A stretch of DNA of 64,000 nucleotides from Neoechinorhynchus agilis (lineage: Eukaryota; Animalia; Acanthocephala), in NCBI GenBank assembly GCA_051530055.1, contig CM121341.1, positions 13,184,784-13,248,783 on the forward strand. Direction: 5' to 3'. The first letter of the stretch is position 1; each line of letters begins with the position of its first letter. This document shows, one piece after another, positions 32,925 through 47,900 of this stretch. The notes beneath the pieces were generated by a model that had not been told where the DNA came from, searched no databases, and was given only the letters and a program-made list of their open reading frames with translations. The position numbers were made by a program, and so were the translations under genes.

Positions 32925-35900
32925 TGTTACCGCTTTTCTGAAGCCAATTTTTTGCTTAAAACTATTGAACCTCGTCTTTAGTGCAAATCGCTAACGAATT
33001 CGTTCAAGAAAACTGATATACAAACAAATAGAGACACTTAATCGGAACCAATCTATAGGCACGCTCGTGGAATTTAAATCGCGAACGATTTATCATTGGC
33101 AGCTTTGAAAATGGCCAGTTTGTTGCCGTTTTTCGCAAGCCAATTTTTTGCTTAAAACTATTGAACCTCGTCTTTAGTGCAAATCGCTAACGAATTCGTC
33201 CAAGAAAACCGATATACAACCAAATAGAGACACTGAATCGGAACCAATCTATAGGCACGCTCGTGGAATTTTGGTCGCGAACGATTTATCATTGGCAGCT
33301 TTGAAAATGGCCAGTTTGTTGCCGTTTTTCGCAAGCCAATTTTTTGCTTAAAACTATTGAACCTCGTCTTGCCGTTTTTCGCAAGCCAATTTTTTGCTTA
33401 AAACTATTGAACCACGTCTTTAGTGCAAATCGCTAACGAATTCGTCCAAGAAAACCGATATACAACCAAATAGAGACACTGAATCGGAACCAATCTATAG
33501 GCACGCTCGTGGAATTTTGGTCGCGAACGATTTATCATTGGCAGCTTTGAAAATGGCCAGTTTGTTGCCGTTTTTCGCAAGCCAATTTTTTGCTTAAAAC
33601 TATTGAACCTCGTCTTGCCGTTTTTCGCAAGCCAATTTTTTGCTTAAAACTATTGAACCACGTCTTTAGTGCAAATCGCTAACGAATTCGTCCAAGAAAA
33701 CCGATATACAACCAAATAGAGACACTGAATCGGAACCAATCTATAGGCACGCTCGTGGAATTTTGGTCGCGAACGATTTATCATTGGCAGCTTTGAAAAT
33801 GGCCAGTTTGTTGCCGTTTTTCGCAAGCCAATTTTTTGCTTAAAACTATTGAACCTCGTCTGCCGTTTTTCGCAAGCCAATTTTTTGCTTAAAACTATTG
33901 AACCTCGTCTTTAGTGCAAATCGCTAACGAATTCGTCCAAGAAAACCGATATACAACCAAATGGAGACACTGAATCGGAACCAATCTATAGGCACGCTCG
34001 TGGAATTTTGGTCGCGAACGATTTATCATTGGCAGCTTTGAAAATGGCCAGTTTGTTGCCGTTTTTCGCAAGCCAATTTTTTGCTTAAAACTATTGAACC
34101 TCGTCTTGTTTTAGTGCAAATCGCTAACGAATTCGTCCAAGAAAACCGATATACAACCAAATAGAGACACTGAATCGGAACCAATCTATAGGCACGCTCG
34201 TGGAATTTTGGTCGCGAACGATTTATCATTGGCAGCTTTGAAAATGGCCAGTTTGTTGCCGTTTTTCGCAAGCCAATTTTTTGCTTAAAACTATTGAACC
34301 TCGTCTTGCCGTTTTTCAAGCCAATTTTTTGCTTAAAACTATTGAACCACGTCTTTAGTGCAAATCGCTAACGAATTCGTCCAAGAAAACCGATATACAA
34401 CCAAATGGAGACACTGAATCGGAACCAATCTATAGGCACGCTCGTGGAATTTTGGTCGCGAACGATTTATCATTGGCAGCTTTGAAAATGGCCAGTTTGT
34501 TGCCGTTTTTCGCAAGCCAATTTTTTGCTTAAAACTATTGAACCTCGTCTTGCCGTTTTTCGCAAGCCAATTTTTTGCTTAAAACTATTGAACCACGTCT
34601 TTAGTGCAAATCGCTAACGAATTCGTCCAAGAAAACCGATATACAACCAAATAGAGACACTGAATCGGAACCAATCTATAGGCACGCTCGTGGAATTTTG
34701 ATCGCGAACGATTTATCATTGGCAGCTTTGAAAATGGCCAGTTTGTTGCCGTTTTTCGCAAGCCAATTTTTGCTTAAAACTATTGAACCTCGTCTTGCCG
34801 TTTTTCGCAAGCCAATTTTTTGCTTAAAACTATTGAACCTCGTCTTTAGTGCAAATCGCTAACGAATTCGTCCAAGAAAACCGATATACAACCAAATAGA
34901 GACACTGAATCGGAACCAATCTATAGGCACGCTCGTGGAATTTTGGTCGCGAACGATTTATCATTGGCAGCTTTGAAAATGGCCAGTTTGTTGCCGTTTT
35001 TCGCAAGCCAATTTTTTGCTTAAAACTATTGAACCTCGTCTTGCCGTTTTTCGCAAGCCAATTTTTTGCTTAAAACTATTGAACCTCGTCTTTAGTGCAA
35101 ATCGCTAACGAATTCGTCCAAGAAAACCGATATACAACCAAATAGAGACACTGAATCGGAACCAATCTATAGGCACGCTCGTGGAATTTTGGTCGCGAAC
35201 GATTTATCATTGGCAGCTTTGAAAATGGCCAGTTTGTTGCCGTTTTCGCAGCCAATTTTTTGCTTAAAACTATTGAACCTCGTCTTGCCGTTTCGCAAGC
35301 CAATTTTTTGCTTAAAACTATTGAACCTCGTCTTTAGTGCAAATCGCTAACGAATTCGTCCAAGAAAACCGATATACAACCAAATAGAGACACTGAATCG
35401 GAACCAATCTATAGGCACGCTCGTGGAATTTTGGTCGCGAACGATTTATCATTGGCAGCTTTGAAAATGGCCAGTTTGTTGCCGTTTTTTGCAAGCCAAT
35501 TTTTTGCTTAAAACTATTGAACCTCGTCTTTAGTGCAAATCGTTAACGAATTCGTCCAAGAAAACCGATATACAACCAAATAGAGACACTGAATCGGAAC
35601 CAATCTATAGGCACGCTCGTGGAATTTTGGTCGCGAACGATTTATCATTGGCAGCTTTGAAAATGGCCAGTTTGTTGCCGTTTTGCAAGCCAATTTTTTG
35701 CTTAAAACTATTGAACCTCGTCTTTAGTGCAAATCGCTAACGAATTCGTCCAAGAAAACCGATATACAACCAAATAGAGACACTGAATCGGAACCAATCT
35801 ATAGGCACGCTCGTGGAATTTTGATCGCGAACGATTTATCATTGGCAGCTTTGAAAATGGCCAGTTTGTTGCCGTTTTTCGCAAGCCAATTTTTTGCTTA

Positions 35901-38900
35901 AAACTATTGAACCTCGTCTTTAGTGCAAATCGCTAACGAATTCGTCCAAGAAAACCGATATACAAACAAATAGAGACACTTAATCGGAACCAATCTATAG
36001 GCACGCTCGTGGAATTTTAATCGCGAACGATTTATCATTGGCAGCTTTGAAAATGGCCAGTTTGTTGCCGTTTTTCGCAAGCCAATTTTTTGCTTAAAAC
36101 TATTGAACCTCGTCTTTAGTGCAAATCGCTAACGAATTCGTCCAAGAAAACCGATATACAACCAAATAGAGACACTGAATCGGAACCAATCTATAGGCAC
36201 GCTCGTGGAATTTTGGTCGCGAACGATTTATCATTGGCAGCTTTGAAAATGGCCAGTTTGTTGCCGTTTTTCGCAAGCCAATTTTTTGCTTAAAACTATT
36301 GAACCTCGTCTTTAGTGCAAATCGCTAACGAATTCGTCCAAGAAAACCGATATACAACCAAATGGAGACACTGAATCGGAACCAATCTATAGGCACGCTC
36401 GTGGAATTTTGATCGCGAACGATTTATCATTGGCAGCTTTGAAAATGGCCAGTTTGTTGCCGTTTTTCGCAAGCCAATTTTTTCTTAAAACTATTGAACC
36501 TCGTCTTGCCGTTTTTGCAAGCCATTTTTTGCTTAAAACTATTGAACCTCGTCTTTAGTGCAAATCGCTAACGAATTCGTCCAAGAAAACCGATATACAA
36601 CCAAATAGAGACACTGAATCGGAACCAATCTATAGGCACGCTCGTGGAATTTTGGTCGCGAACGATTTATCATTGGCAGCTTTGAAAATGGCCAGTTTGT
36701 TGCCGTTTTTCGCAAGCCAATTTTTTGCTTAAAACTATTGAACCTCGTCTTTAGTGCAAATCGCTAACGAATTCGTCCAAGAAAACCGATATACAACCAA
36801 ATAGAGACACTGAATCGGAACCAATCTATAGGCACGCGTGGAATTTTGTCGCGAACGATTTATCATTGGCAGCTTTGAAAATGGCCAGTTTGTTGCCGTT
36901 TTTCGCAAGCCAATTTTTTGCTAATAACTATTGAACCTCGTCTTTAGTGCAAATCGCTAACGAATTCGTCCAAGAAAACCGATATACAACCAAATGGAGA
37001 CACTATATCGTAACCAATCAATAGGCACGCTTCTGGAATTTTGATCGCGAACGATTTATCATTGGCAGCTTTGAAAATGGCCAGTTTGTTGCCGTTTTTC
37101 GCAAGCCAATTTTTTGCTTAAAACTATTGAACCTCGTCTTTAGTGCAAATCGCTAACGAATTCGTTCAAGAAAACTGATATACAAACAAATAGAGACACT
37201 TAATCGGAACCAATCTATAGGCACGCTCGTGGAATTTAAATCGCGAACGATTTATCATTGGCAGCTTTGAAAATGGCCAGTTTGTTGCCGTTTTTCGCAA
37301 GCCAATTTTTTGCTTAAAACTATTGAACCTCGTCTTTAGTGCAAATCGCTAACGAATTCGTCCAAGAAAACCGATATACAACCAAATAGAGACACTGAAT
37401 CGGAACCAATCTATAGGCACGCTCGTGGAATTTTGGTCGCGAACGATTTATCATTGGCAGCTTTGAAAATGGCCAGTTTGTTGCCGTTTTTCGCAAGCCA
37501 ATTTTTTGCTTAAAACTATTGAACCTCGTCTTTAGTGCAAATCGCTAACGAATTCGTCCAAGAAAACCGATATACAACCAAATGGAGACACTGAATCGGA
37601 ACCAATCTATAGGCACGCTCGTGGAATTTTGATCGCGAACGATTTATCATTGGCAGCTTTGAAAATGGCCAGTTTGTTGCCGTTTTTCTTAAAACTATTG
37701 AACCTCGTCTTGCCGTTTTTCGCAAGCCATTTTTTGCTTAAAACTATTGAACCTCGTCTTTAGTGCAAATCGTTAACGAATTCGTCCAAGAAAACCGATA
37801 TACAACCAAATAGAGACACTGAATCGGAACCAATCTATAGGCACGCTCGTGGAATTTTGGTCGCGAACGATTTATCAGTGGCAGCTTTGAAAATGGCCAG
37901 TTTGTTGCCGTTTTTTGCAAGCCAATTTTTTGCTTGAAGCTATTGAACCTCGTCTTTAGTGCAAATCGCTAACGAATTCGTCCAAGAAAACCGATATACA
38001 ACCAAATAGAGACACTGAATCGGAACCAATCTATAGGCACGCGCGTGGAATTTTGGTCGCGAACGATTTATCATTGGCAGCTTTGAAAATGGCCAGTTTG
38101 TTGCCGTTTTTCGCAAGCCAATTTTTTGCTAATAACTATTGAACCTCGTCTTTAGTGCAAATCGCTAACGAATTCGTCCAAGAAAACCGATATACAACCA
38201 AATGGAGACACTATATCGTAACCAATCAATAGGCACGCTTCTGGAATTTTGATCGCGAACGATTTATCATTGGCAGCTTGGAAAATGGCCAGTTTGTTGC
38301 CGTTTTTCGCAAGCCAATTTTTTGCTTGAAACTATTGAACCTCGTCTTTAGTGCAAATCGCTAACGAATTCGTGCAAGAAAACTGATATACAAACAAATA
38401 GAGACACTTAATCGGAACCAATCTATAGGCACGCTCGTGGAATTTAAATCGCGAACGATTTATCATTGGCAGCTTTGAAAATGGCCAGTTTGTTGCCGTT
38501 TTTCGCAAGCCAATTTTTTGCTTAAAACTATTGAACCTCGTCTTTAGTGCAAATCGCTAACGAATTCGTCCAAGAAAACCGATATACAACCAAATAGAGA
38601 CACTGAATCGGAAATCTATAGGCACGCGCTGGAATTTTGGTCTCGAACGATTTATCATTGGCAGCTTTGAAAATGGCCAGTTTGTTGCCGTTTTTTTCAA
38701 GCCAATTTTTTGCTTAAAACTATTGAACCTCGTCTTGAGTGCAAATCGCTAACGAATTCGTCCAAGAAAACCGATATACAAACAAATAGAGACACTGAAT
38801 CGGAACCAATCTATAGGCACGCTCGTGGAATTTTGGTCGCGAACAATTTATCATTGGCAGCTTTGAAAATGGCCAGTTTGTTGCCGTTTTTCGCAAGCCA

Positions 38901-41900
38901 ATTTTTTGCTTAAAACTATTGAACCTCGGCTTGTTGTTTTTCGCAAGCCAATTTTTTGCTTAAAACTATTAAACCATGTCTTTAGTGCAAATCGCTAACG
39001 AATTCGTCCAAGAAAACCGATATACAACCAAATGGAGACACTATATCGGAACCAATCTATAGGCACGCTCGTGGAATTTTGGTCGCGAACGATTTATCAT
39101 TGGCAGCTTGAAAATGGCCAGTTTGTTGCCGTTTTTCGCAAGCCAATTTTTTGCTTAAAACTATTGAACCTCGTCTTTAGTGCAAATCGCTAACGAATTC
39201 GTCCAAGAAAACCGATATACAACCAAATGGAGACACTGAATCGGAACCAATCTATAGGCACGCTCGTGGAATTTTGATCGCCAACGATTTATCATTGGCA
39301 GCTTTGAAAATGGCCAGTTTGTTGCCGTTTTTCGCAAGCCAATTTTTTGCTTAAAACTATTGAACCTCGTTTTGCCGTTTTTCGCGAGCCAATTTTTTGC
39401 TTAAAACTATTGAACCTCGTCTTGCGTTTTTCGCAAGCCAATTTTTTGTTTAAAACTATTGAACCTCGTCTTTAGTGCAAATCGCTAACGAATTCGTCCA
39501 AGAAAACCGATATACAACCAAATGGAGACACAGAATCAGAACCAATCTATAGGCACGCTCGTGGAATTTTGGTCGCGAATGATTTATCATTGGCAGCTTT
39601 GAAAATGGCCAGTTTGTTGCCGTTTTTCGCAAGCCAATTTTTTGCTTAAAACTATTGAACCTCGTCTTTAGTGCAAATCGCTAACGAATTCGTCCAAGAA
39701 AACCGATATACAACCAAATAGAGACACTGAATCGGAACCAATCTATAGGCACGCTCGTGGAATTTTGGTCGCGAACGATTTATCATTGGCAGCTTTGAAA
39801 ATGGCCAGTTTGTTGCCGTTTTTCGCAAGCCAATTTTTTGCTTAAAACTATTGAACCTCGTCTTTAGTGCATATCGTTAACGAATTCGTCCAAGAAAACC
39901 GATATACAACCAAATAGAGACACTGAATCGGAATCAATCTATAGGCGCGCTCGTGGAATTTTGGTCGCGAACGATTTATCATTTGCAGCTTTGAAAGTGG
40001 CCAGTTTGTTGCCGTTTTTCGCAAGCCAATTTTTTGCTTAAAACTATACCTCGTCTTAGTGCAAATCGTTAACGAATTCGTCTAAGAAAACCGATATACA
40101 ACCAAATAGAGACACTGAATCGGAACCAATCTATAGGCACGCTCGTGGAATTTTGATAACGAACGATTTATCATTCTAGCTTTGAAAATGGCGACTTTGT
40201 TGCCGATTTTCGCAAGCCAATTTTTTGCTCAAAACTATTGAACCTCGTCTAGCCGTTTTTCGCAAGCCAATTTTTTGCTTAAAACTATTGAACCTCGTCT
40301 TTAGTGCAAATCGTTAACGAATTCGTCCAAGAAAACCGATATACAACCAAATAGAGACACTGAATCGGAACCAATCTATAGGCACGCTCGTGGAATTTTG
40401 GTCGCGAATGATTTATCATGGCAGCTTTGAAAATGGCCAGTTTGTTGCCGTTTTTCGCAAGCCAATTTTTTGCTTAAAACTATTGAACCTCGTCTTTAGT
40501 GCAAATCGCTAACGAATTCGTCCAAGAAAACCGATATACAACCAAATAGAGACACTGAATCGGAACCAATCTATAGGCACGCTCGTGGAATTTTGATCGC
40601 GAACGATTTATCATTGGCAGCTTTGAAAATGGCCAGTTTGTTGCCGTTTTTCGCAAGCCAATTTTTTGCTTAAAACTATTGAACCTCGTCTTTAGTGCAA
40701 ATCGCTAACGAATTCGTCCAAGAAAACCGATATACAACCAAATAGAGACACTGAATCGGAACCAATCTATAGGCACGCTCGTGGAATTTTGGTCGCGAAC
40801 GATTTATCATTGGCAGCTTTGAAAATGGCCAGTTTGTTGCCGTTTTTCGCAAGCCAATTTTTTGCTTAAAACTATTGAACCTCGTCTTGCGTTTTCGCAA
40901 GCCAATTTTTTCTTAAAACTATTGAACCCGTCTTTGTGCAAATCGTAACGAATTCGTCCGAAAACCGATATACAACAAATGGAGACACTGAATCGGAACC
41001 AATCTATAGGCACGCTCGTGGAATTTTGGTCGCGAAGATTTATCATTGGCAGCTTTGAAAATGGCCGTTTGTTGCCGTTTTCGCAAGCCAATTGCATAAT
41101 TTATTGAACCTCGTCTTTAGTGCAAATCGCTAACGAATTCGTCCGAAAACCGATATACAACCAAATAGACACTGAATCGGAACCAATCTATAGGCACGCT
41201 CGTGGAATTTTGGTCGCGAACGATTTATCATTGGCAGCTTTGAAAATGGCCAGTTTGTTGCCGTTTTTTGCAAGCCAATTTTTTGCTTAAAACTATTGAA
41301 CCTCGTCTTTAGTGCAAATCGTTAACGAATTCGTCCAAGAAAACCGATATACAACCAAATAGAGACACTGAATCGGAACCAATCTATAGGCACGCTCGTG
41401 GAATTTTGGTCGCGAACGATTTATCATTGGCAGCTTTGAAAATGGCCAGTTTGTTGCCGTTTCGCAGCCTTTTTTGCTTAAACTATTGAACCTCGTCTTT
41501 AGTGCAAATCGTAACGAATTCGTCCAGAAAACCGATATACAACCAAATAGAGACAGAATCGGAACCAATCTATAGGCACGCTCGTGGAATTTTATAACGA
41601 ACGATTTATCATTGTCAGCTTTGAAAATGGCAGTTTGTTGCCGATTTTCGCAAGCCAATTTTTTGCCGTTTTCGCAAGCCAATTTTTGCTTAAAACTATT
41701 GAACCTCGTCTTTAGTGCAAATCGTTAACGAATTCGTCCAAAAACCGATATACAACCAAATAGAGACACTGAATCGGAACCAATCTATAGGCACGCTCGT
41801 GGAATTTTGGTCGCGAACGATTTATCATTGGCAGCTTTGAAAATGGCCAGTTTGTTGCCGTTTTTCGCAAGCCAATTTTTTGCTTAAAACTATTGAACCT

Positions 41901-44900
41901 CGTCTTTAGTGCAAATCGCTAACGAATTCGTCCAAGAAAACCGATATACAACCAAATAGAGACACTGAATCGGAACCAATCTATAGGCACGCTCGTGGAA
42001 TTTTGGTCGCGAACGATTTATCATTGGCAGCTTTGAAAATGGCCAGTTTGTTGCCGTTTTTCGCAAGCCAATTTTTTGCTTAAAACTATTGAACCTCGTC
42101 TTTAGTGCAAATCGCTAACGAATTCGTCCAAGAAAACCGATATACAACCAAATAGAGACACTGAATCGGAACCAATCTATAGGCACGCTCGTGGAATTTT
42201 GGTCGCGAACGATTTATCATTGGCAGCTTTGAAAATGGCCAGTTTGTTGCCGTTTTTCGCAAGCCAATTTTTTGCTTAAAACTATTGAACCTCGTCTTTA
42301 GTTATAATCGCTAACGAATTCGTTCAAGAAAACTGATATACAAAGAAATAGAGACACTTAATCGGAACCAATCTATAGGCACGCTCGTGGAATTTAAATC
42401 GCGAACGATTTATCATTGGCAGCTTTGAAAATGGCCAGTTTGTTGCCGTTTTTCGCAAGCCAATTTTTTGCTTAAAACTATTGAACCTCGTCTTTAGTGC
42501 AAATCGCTAACGAATTCGTCCAAGAAAACCGATATACAACCAAATAGAGACACTGAATCGGAACCAATCTATAGGCACGCTCGTGGAATTTTGGTCGCGA
42601 ACGATTTATCATTGGCAGCTTTGAAAATGGCCAGTTTGTTGCCGTTTTTCGCAAGCCAATTTTTTGCTTAAAACTATTGAACCTCGTCTTTAGTGCAAAT
42701 CGCTAACGAATTCGTCCAAGAAAACCGATATACAACCAAATGGAGACACTGAATCGGAACCAATCTATAGGCACGCTCGTGGAATTTTGATCGCGAACGA
42801 TTTATCATTGGCAGCTTTGAAAATGGCCAGTTTGTTGCCGTTTTTCGCAAGCCAATTTTTTGCTTAAAACTATTGAACCTCGTCTTGGTTTTTGGTTTTT
42901 TGTTTTTGAACCTCGTCTTGCCGTTTTTCGCAAGCCAATTTTTTGCTTAAAACTATTGAACCTCGTCTTTAGTGCAAATCGCTAACGAATTCGTCCAAGA
43001 AAACCGATATACAACCAAATAGAGACACTGAATCGGAACCAATCTATAGGCACGCTCGTGGAATTTTGGTCGCGAACGATTTATCATTGGCAGCTTTGAA
43101 AATGGCCAGTTTGTTGCCGTTTTTTTCAAGCCAATTTTTTGCTTAAAACTATTGAACCTCGTCTTGAGTGCAAATCGCTAACGAATTCGTCCAAGAAAAC
43201 CGATATACAAACAAAGAGAGACACTGAATCGGAACCAATCTATAGGCACGCTCGTGGAATTTTGGTCGCGAACAATTTATCATTGGCAGCTTTGAAAATG
43301 GCCAGTTTGTTTCCGTTTTTCGCAAGCCAATTTTTTGCTTAAAACTATTGAACCTCGGCTTGTTGTTTTTCGCAAGCCAATTTTTTGCTTAAAACTATTA
43401 AACCATGTCTTTAGTGCAAATCGCTAACGAATTCGCCCAAGAAAACCGATATACAACCAAATGAAGACACTATATCGGAACCAATCAATAGGCACGCTCG
43501 TGGAATTTTGGTCGCGAACGATTTATCATTGGCAGCTTGGAAAATGGCCAGTTTGTTGCCGTTTTTTGCAAGCCAATTTTTTGCTTAAAACTATTGAACC
43601 TCGTCTTTAGTGCATATCGTTAACGAATTCGTCCAAGAAAACCGATATACAACCAAATAGAGACACTTAATCGGAATCAATCTATAGGCGCGCTCGTGGA
43701 ATTTTGGTCGCGAACGATTTATCATTTGCAGCTTTGAAAGTGGCCAGTTTGTTGCCGTTTTTCGCAAGCCAATTTTTTGCTTAAAACTATTGCACCTCGT
43801 CTTTAGTGCAAATCGTTAACGAATTCGTCTAAGAAAACCGATATACAACCAAATAGAGACACTGAATCGGAACCAATCTATAGGCACGCTCGTGGAATTT
43901 TGATAACGAACGATTTATCATTCTCAGCTTTGAAAATGGCGACTTTGTTGCCGATTTTCGCAAGCCAATTTTTTGCTCAAAACTATTGAACCTCGTCTAG
44001 CCGTTTTTCGCAAGCCAATTTATTGCTTAAAACGATTGAACCTCGTCTTTAGTGCAAATCGTTAACGAATTCGTCCAAGAAAACCGATATACAACCAAAT
44101 AGAGACACTGAATCGGAACCAATCTATAGGCACGCTCGTGGAATTTTGGTCCCGAATGATTTATCATGGCAGCTTTGAGAATGGCCAGTTTGTTGCCGTT
44201 TTTCGCAAGCCAATTGTTTGCTTAAAACTATTGAACCTCGTCTTTAGTGCAAATCGTTAACGAATTCGTCCAAGAAAACCGATATACAACCAAATAGAGA
44301 CACTGAATCGGAATCAATCTATAGGCACGCTCGTGGAATTTTGGTCGCGAATGATTTATCATTGGCAGCTTTGAAAATGGCCAGTTTGTTGCCGTTTTTC
44401 GCAAGCCAATTTTTTGCTTAAAACGATTGAACCTCGTCTTTAGTGCAAATCGCTAACGAATTCGTCCAAGAAAACCGATACACAACCAATTAGAGACACT
44501 GAATCGGAACCAATCTATAGGCACGCTCGTGGAATTTTGGTCGCGAATGATTTATCATTGGCAGCTTTGAAAATGGCCAGTTTGTTGCCGTTTTTCGCAA
44601 GCCAATTTTTTGCTTAAAACTATTGAACCTCGTCTTTAGTGCAAATCGCTAACGAATTCGTCCAAGAAAACCGATACAACCAATGAGACACTGAATCGGA
44701 ACCAATCTATAGGCACGCCCGTGGAATTTTGGTCGCGAATGATTTATCATTGGCAGCTTTGAAAATGGCCAGTTTGTTGCCGTTTTTCGCAAGCCAATTT
44801 TTTGCTTAAAACTATTGAACCACGTCTTTAGTGCAAATCGCTAACGAATTCGTCCAAGAAAACCGATATACAACCAAATGGAGACACTGAATCGGAACCA

Positions 44901-47900
44901 ATCTATAGGCACGCTCGTGGAATTTTGATCGCGAACGATTTATCATTGGCAGCTTTGAAAATGGCCAGTTGCCGTTTTTCGCAAGCCAATTTTTTGCTTA
45001 AAACTATTGAACCTCGTCTTTAGTGTAAATCGCTAACGAATTCGTCCAAGAAAACCGATATACAACCAAATAGAGACACTGAATCGGAACCAATCTATAG
45101 GCACGCTCGTGGAATTTTGGTCGCGAACGATTTATCATTGGCAGCTTTGAAAATGGCCAGTTTGTTGCCGTTTTTCGCAAGCCAATTTTTTGCTTAAAAC
45201 TATTGAACCTCGTCTTTAGTGCAAATCGCTAACGAATTCGTCCAAGAAAACCGATATACAACCAAATGGAGACACTGAATCGGAACCAATCTATAGGCAC
45301 GCTCGTGGAATTTTGGTCGCGAACGATTTATCATTGGCAGCTTTGAAAATGGCCAGTTTGTTGCCGTTTTTTGCAAGCCAATTTTTTGCTTAAAACTATT
45401 GAACCACGTCTTTAGTGCAAATCGCTAACGAATTCGTCCAAGAAAACCGATATACAACCAAATGGAGACACTGAATCGGAACCAATCTATAGGCACGCTC
45501 GTGGAATTTTGGTCGCGAACGATTTATCATTGGCAGCTTTGAAAATGGCAAGTTTTTTGCCGTTTTTCGCAAGCCAATTTTTTGCTTAAAACTATTGAAC
45601 CTCGTCTTGCCGTTTTTCGCAAGCCAATTTTTTGCTTAAAACTATTGAACCACGTCTTTAGTGCAAATCGCTAACGAATTCGTCCAAGAAAACCGATATA
45701 CAAACAAATAGAGACACTGAATCGGAACCAATCTATAGGCACGCTCGTGGAATTTTGATCGCGAACGATTTATCATTGGCAGCTTTGAAAATGGCCAGTT
45801 TGTTGCCGTTTTTCGCAAGCCAATTTTTTGCTTAAAACTATTGAACCTCGTCTTGCCGTTTTTCGCAAGCCAATTTTTTGCTTAAAACTATTGAACCTCG
45901 TCTTTAGTGCAAATCGCTAACGAATTCGTCCAAGAAAACCGATATACAACCAAATAGAGACACTGAATCGGAACCAATCTATAGGCACGCTCGTGGAATT
46001 TTGGTCGCGAACGATTTATCATTGGCAGCTTTGAAAATGGCCAGTTTGTTGCCGTTTTTTGCAAGCCAATTTTTTGCTTAAAACTATTGAACCTCGTCTT
46101 TAGTGCAAATCGTTAACGAATTCGTCCAAGAAAACCGATATACAACCAAATAGAGACACTGAATCGGAACCAATCTATAGGCACGCTCGTGGAATTTTGG
46201 TCGCGAACGATTTATCAGTGGCAGCTTTGAAAATGGCCAGTTTGTTGCCGTTTTTTGCAAGCCAATTTTTTGCTTGAAGCTATTGAACCTCGTCTTTAGT
46301 GCAAATCGCTAACGAATTCGTCCAAGAAAACCGATATACAACCAAATAGAGACACTGAATCGGAACCAATCTATAGGCACGCTCGTGGAATTTTGGTCGC
46401 GAACGATTTATCATTGGCAGCTTTGAAAATGGCCAGTTTGTTGCCGTTTTTCGCAAGCCAATTTTTTGCTTAAAACTATTGAACCTCGTCTTTAGTGCAA
46501 ATCGCTAACGAATTCGTCCAAGAAAACCGATATACAACCAAATGGAGACACTATATCGGAACCAATCTATAGGCACGCTCGTGGAATTTTGATCGCGAAC
46601 GATTTATCATTGGCAGCTTTGAAAATGGCCAGTTTGTTGCCGTTTTTCGCAAGCCAATTTTTTGCTTAAAACTATTGAACCTCGTCTTTAGTGCAAATCG
46701 CTAACGAATTCGTCCAAGAAAACCGATATACAAACAAATAGAGACACTGAATCGGAACCAATCTATAGGCACGCTCGTGGAATTTTGGTCGCGAACGATT
46801 TATCATTGGCAGCTTTGAAAATGGCCAGTTTGTTGCCGTTTTTCGAAAGCCAATTTTTTGCTTAAAACTATTGAACCTCGTCTTTAGTGCAAATCGCTAA
46901 CGAATTCGTCCAAGAAAACCGATATACAACCAAATAGAGACACCGAATCGGAACCAATCTATAGGCACGCTCGTGGAATTTTGGTCGCGAATGATTTATC
47001 ATTGGCAGCTTTGAAAATGGCCAGTTTGTTGCCGTTTTTCGCAAGCCAATTTTTTGCATAAATTTATTGAACCTCGTCTTTAGTGCAAATCGCTAACAAA
47101 TTCGTCCAAGAAAACCGATATACAACCAAATAGAGACACTGAATCGGAACCAATCTATAGGCACGCTCGTGGAATTTTGGTCCCGAATGATTTATCATTG
47201 GCAGCTTTGAAAATGGCCAGTTTGTTGCTGTTTTTCGCAAGCCAATTTTTTGCTTAAAGCTATTGAACCTCGTCTTTAGTGCAAATCGTTAACGAATTCG
47301 TCCAAGAAAACCGATATACAACCAAATAGAGACACTGAATCGGAACCAATCTATAGGCACGCTCGTGGAATTTTGGTCGCGAATGATTTATCATTGGCAG
47401 CTTTGAAAATGGCCAGTTTGTTGCCGTTTTTCGCAAGCCAATTTTTTGCTTAAAACGATTGAACCTCGTCTTTAGTGCAAATCGCTAACGAATTCGTCCA
47501 AGAAAACCGATACACAACCAATTAGAGACACTGAATCGGAACCAATCTATAGGCACGCTCGTGGAATTTTGGTCGCGAATGATTTATCATTGGCAGCTTT
47601 GAAAATGGCCAGTTTGTTGCCGTTTTTCGCAAGCCAATTTTTTGCTTAAAACTATTGAACCTCGTCTTTAGTGCAAATCGCTAACGAATTCGTCCAAGAA
47701 AACCGATACACAACCAATTAGAGACACTGAATCGGAACCAATCTATAGGCACGCCCGTGGAATTTTGGTCGCGAATGATTTATCATTGGCAGCTTTGAAA
47801 ATGGCCAGTTTGTTGCCGTTTTTCGCAAGGAAATTTTTTGCTTTAAACTATTGAACCTCGTCTTTAGTGCAAATCGTTAACGAATTCGTCCAAGAAAACC

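Noticed and set aside
40850-41750. Cluster of monomers with many 1-2-nt deletions; also a G/T run at 42880-42910
   Set aside because: Homopolymer-biased deletions look like low-coverage long-read consensus error rather than biology.
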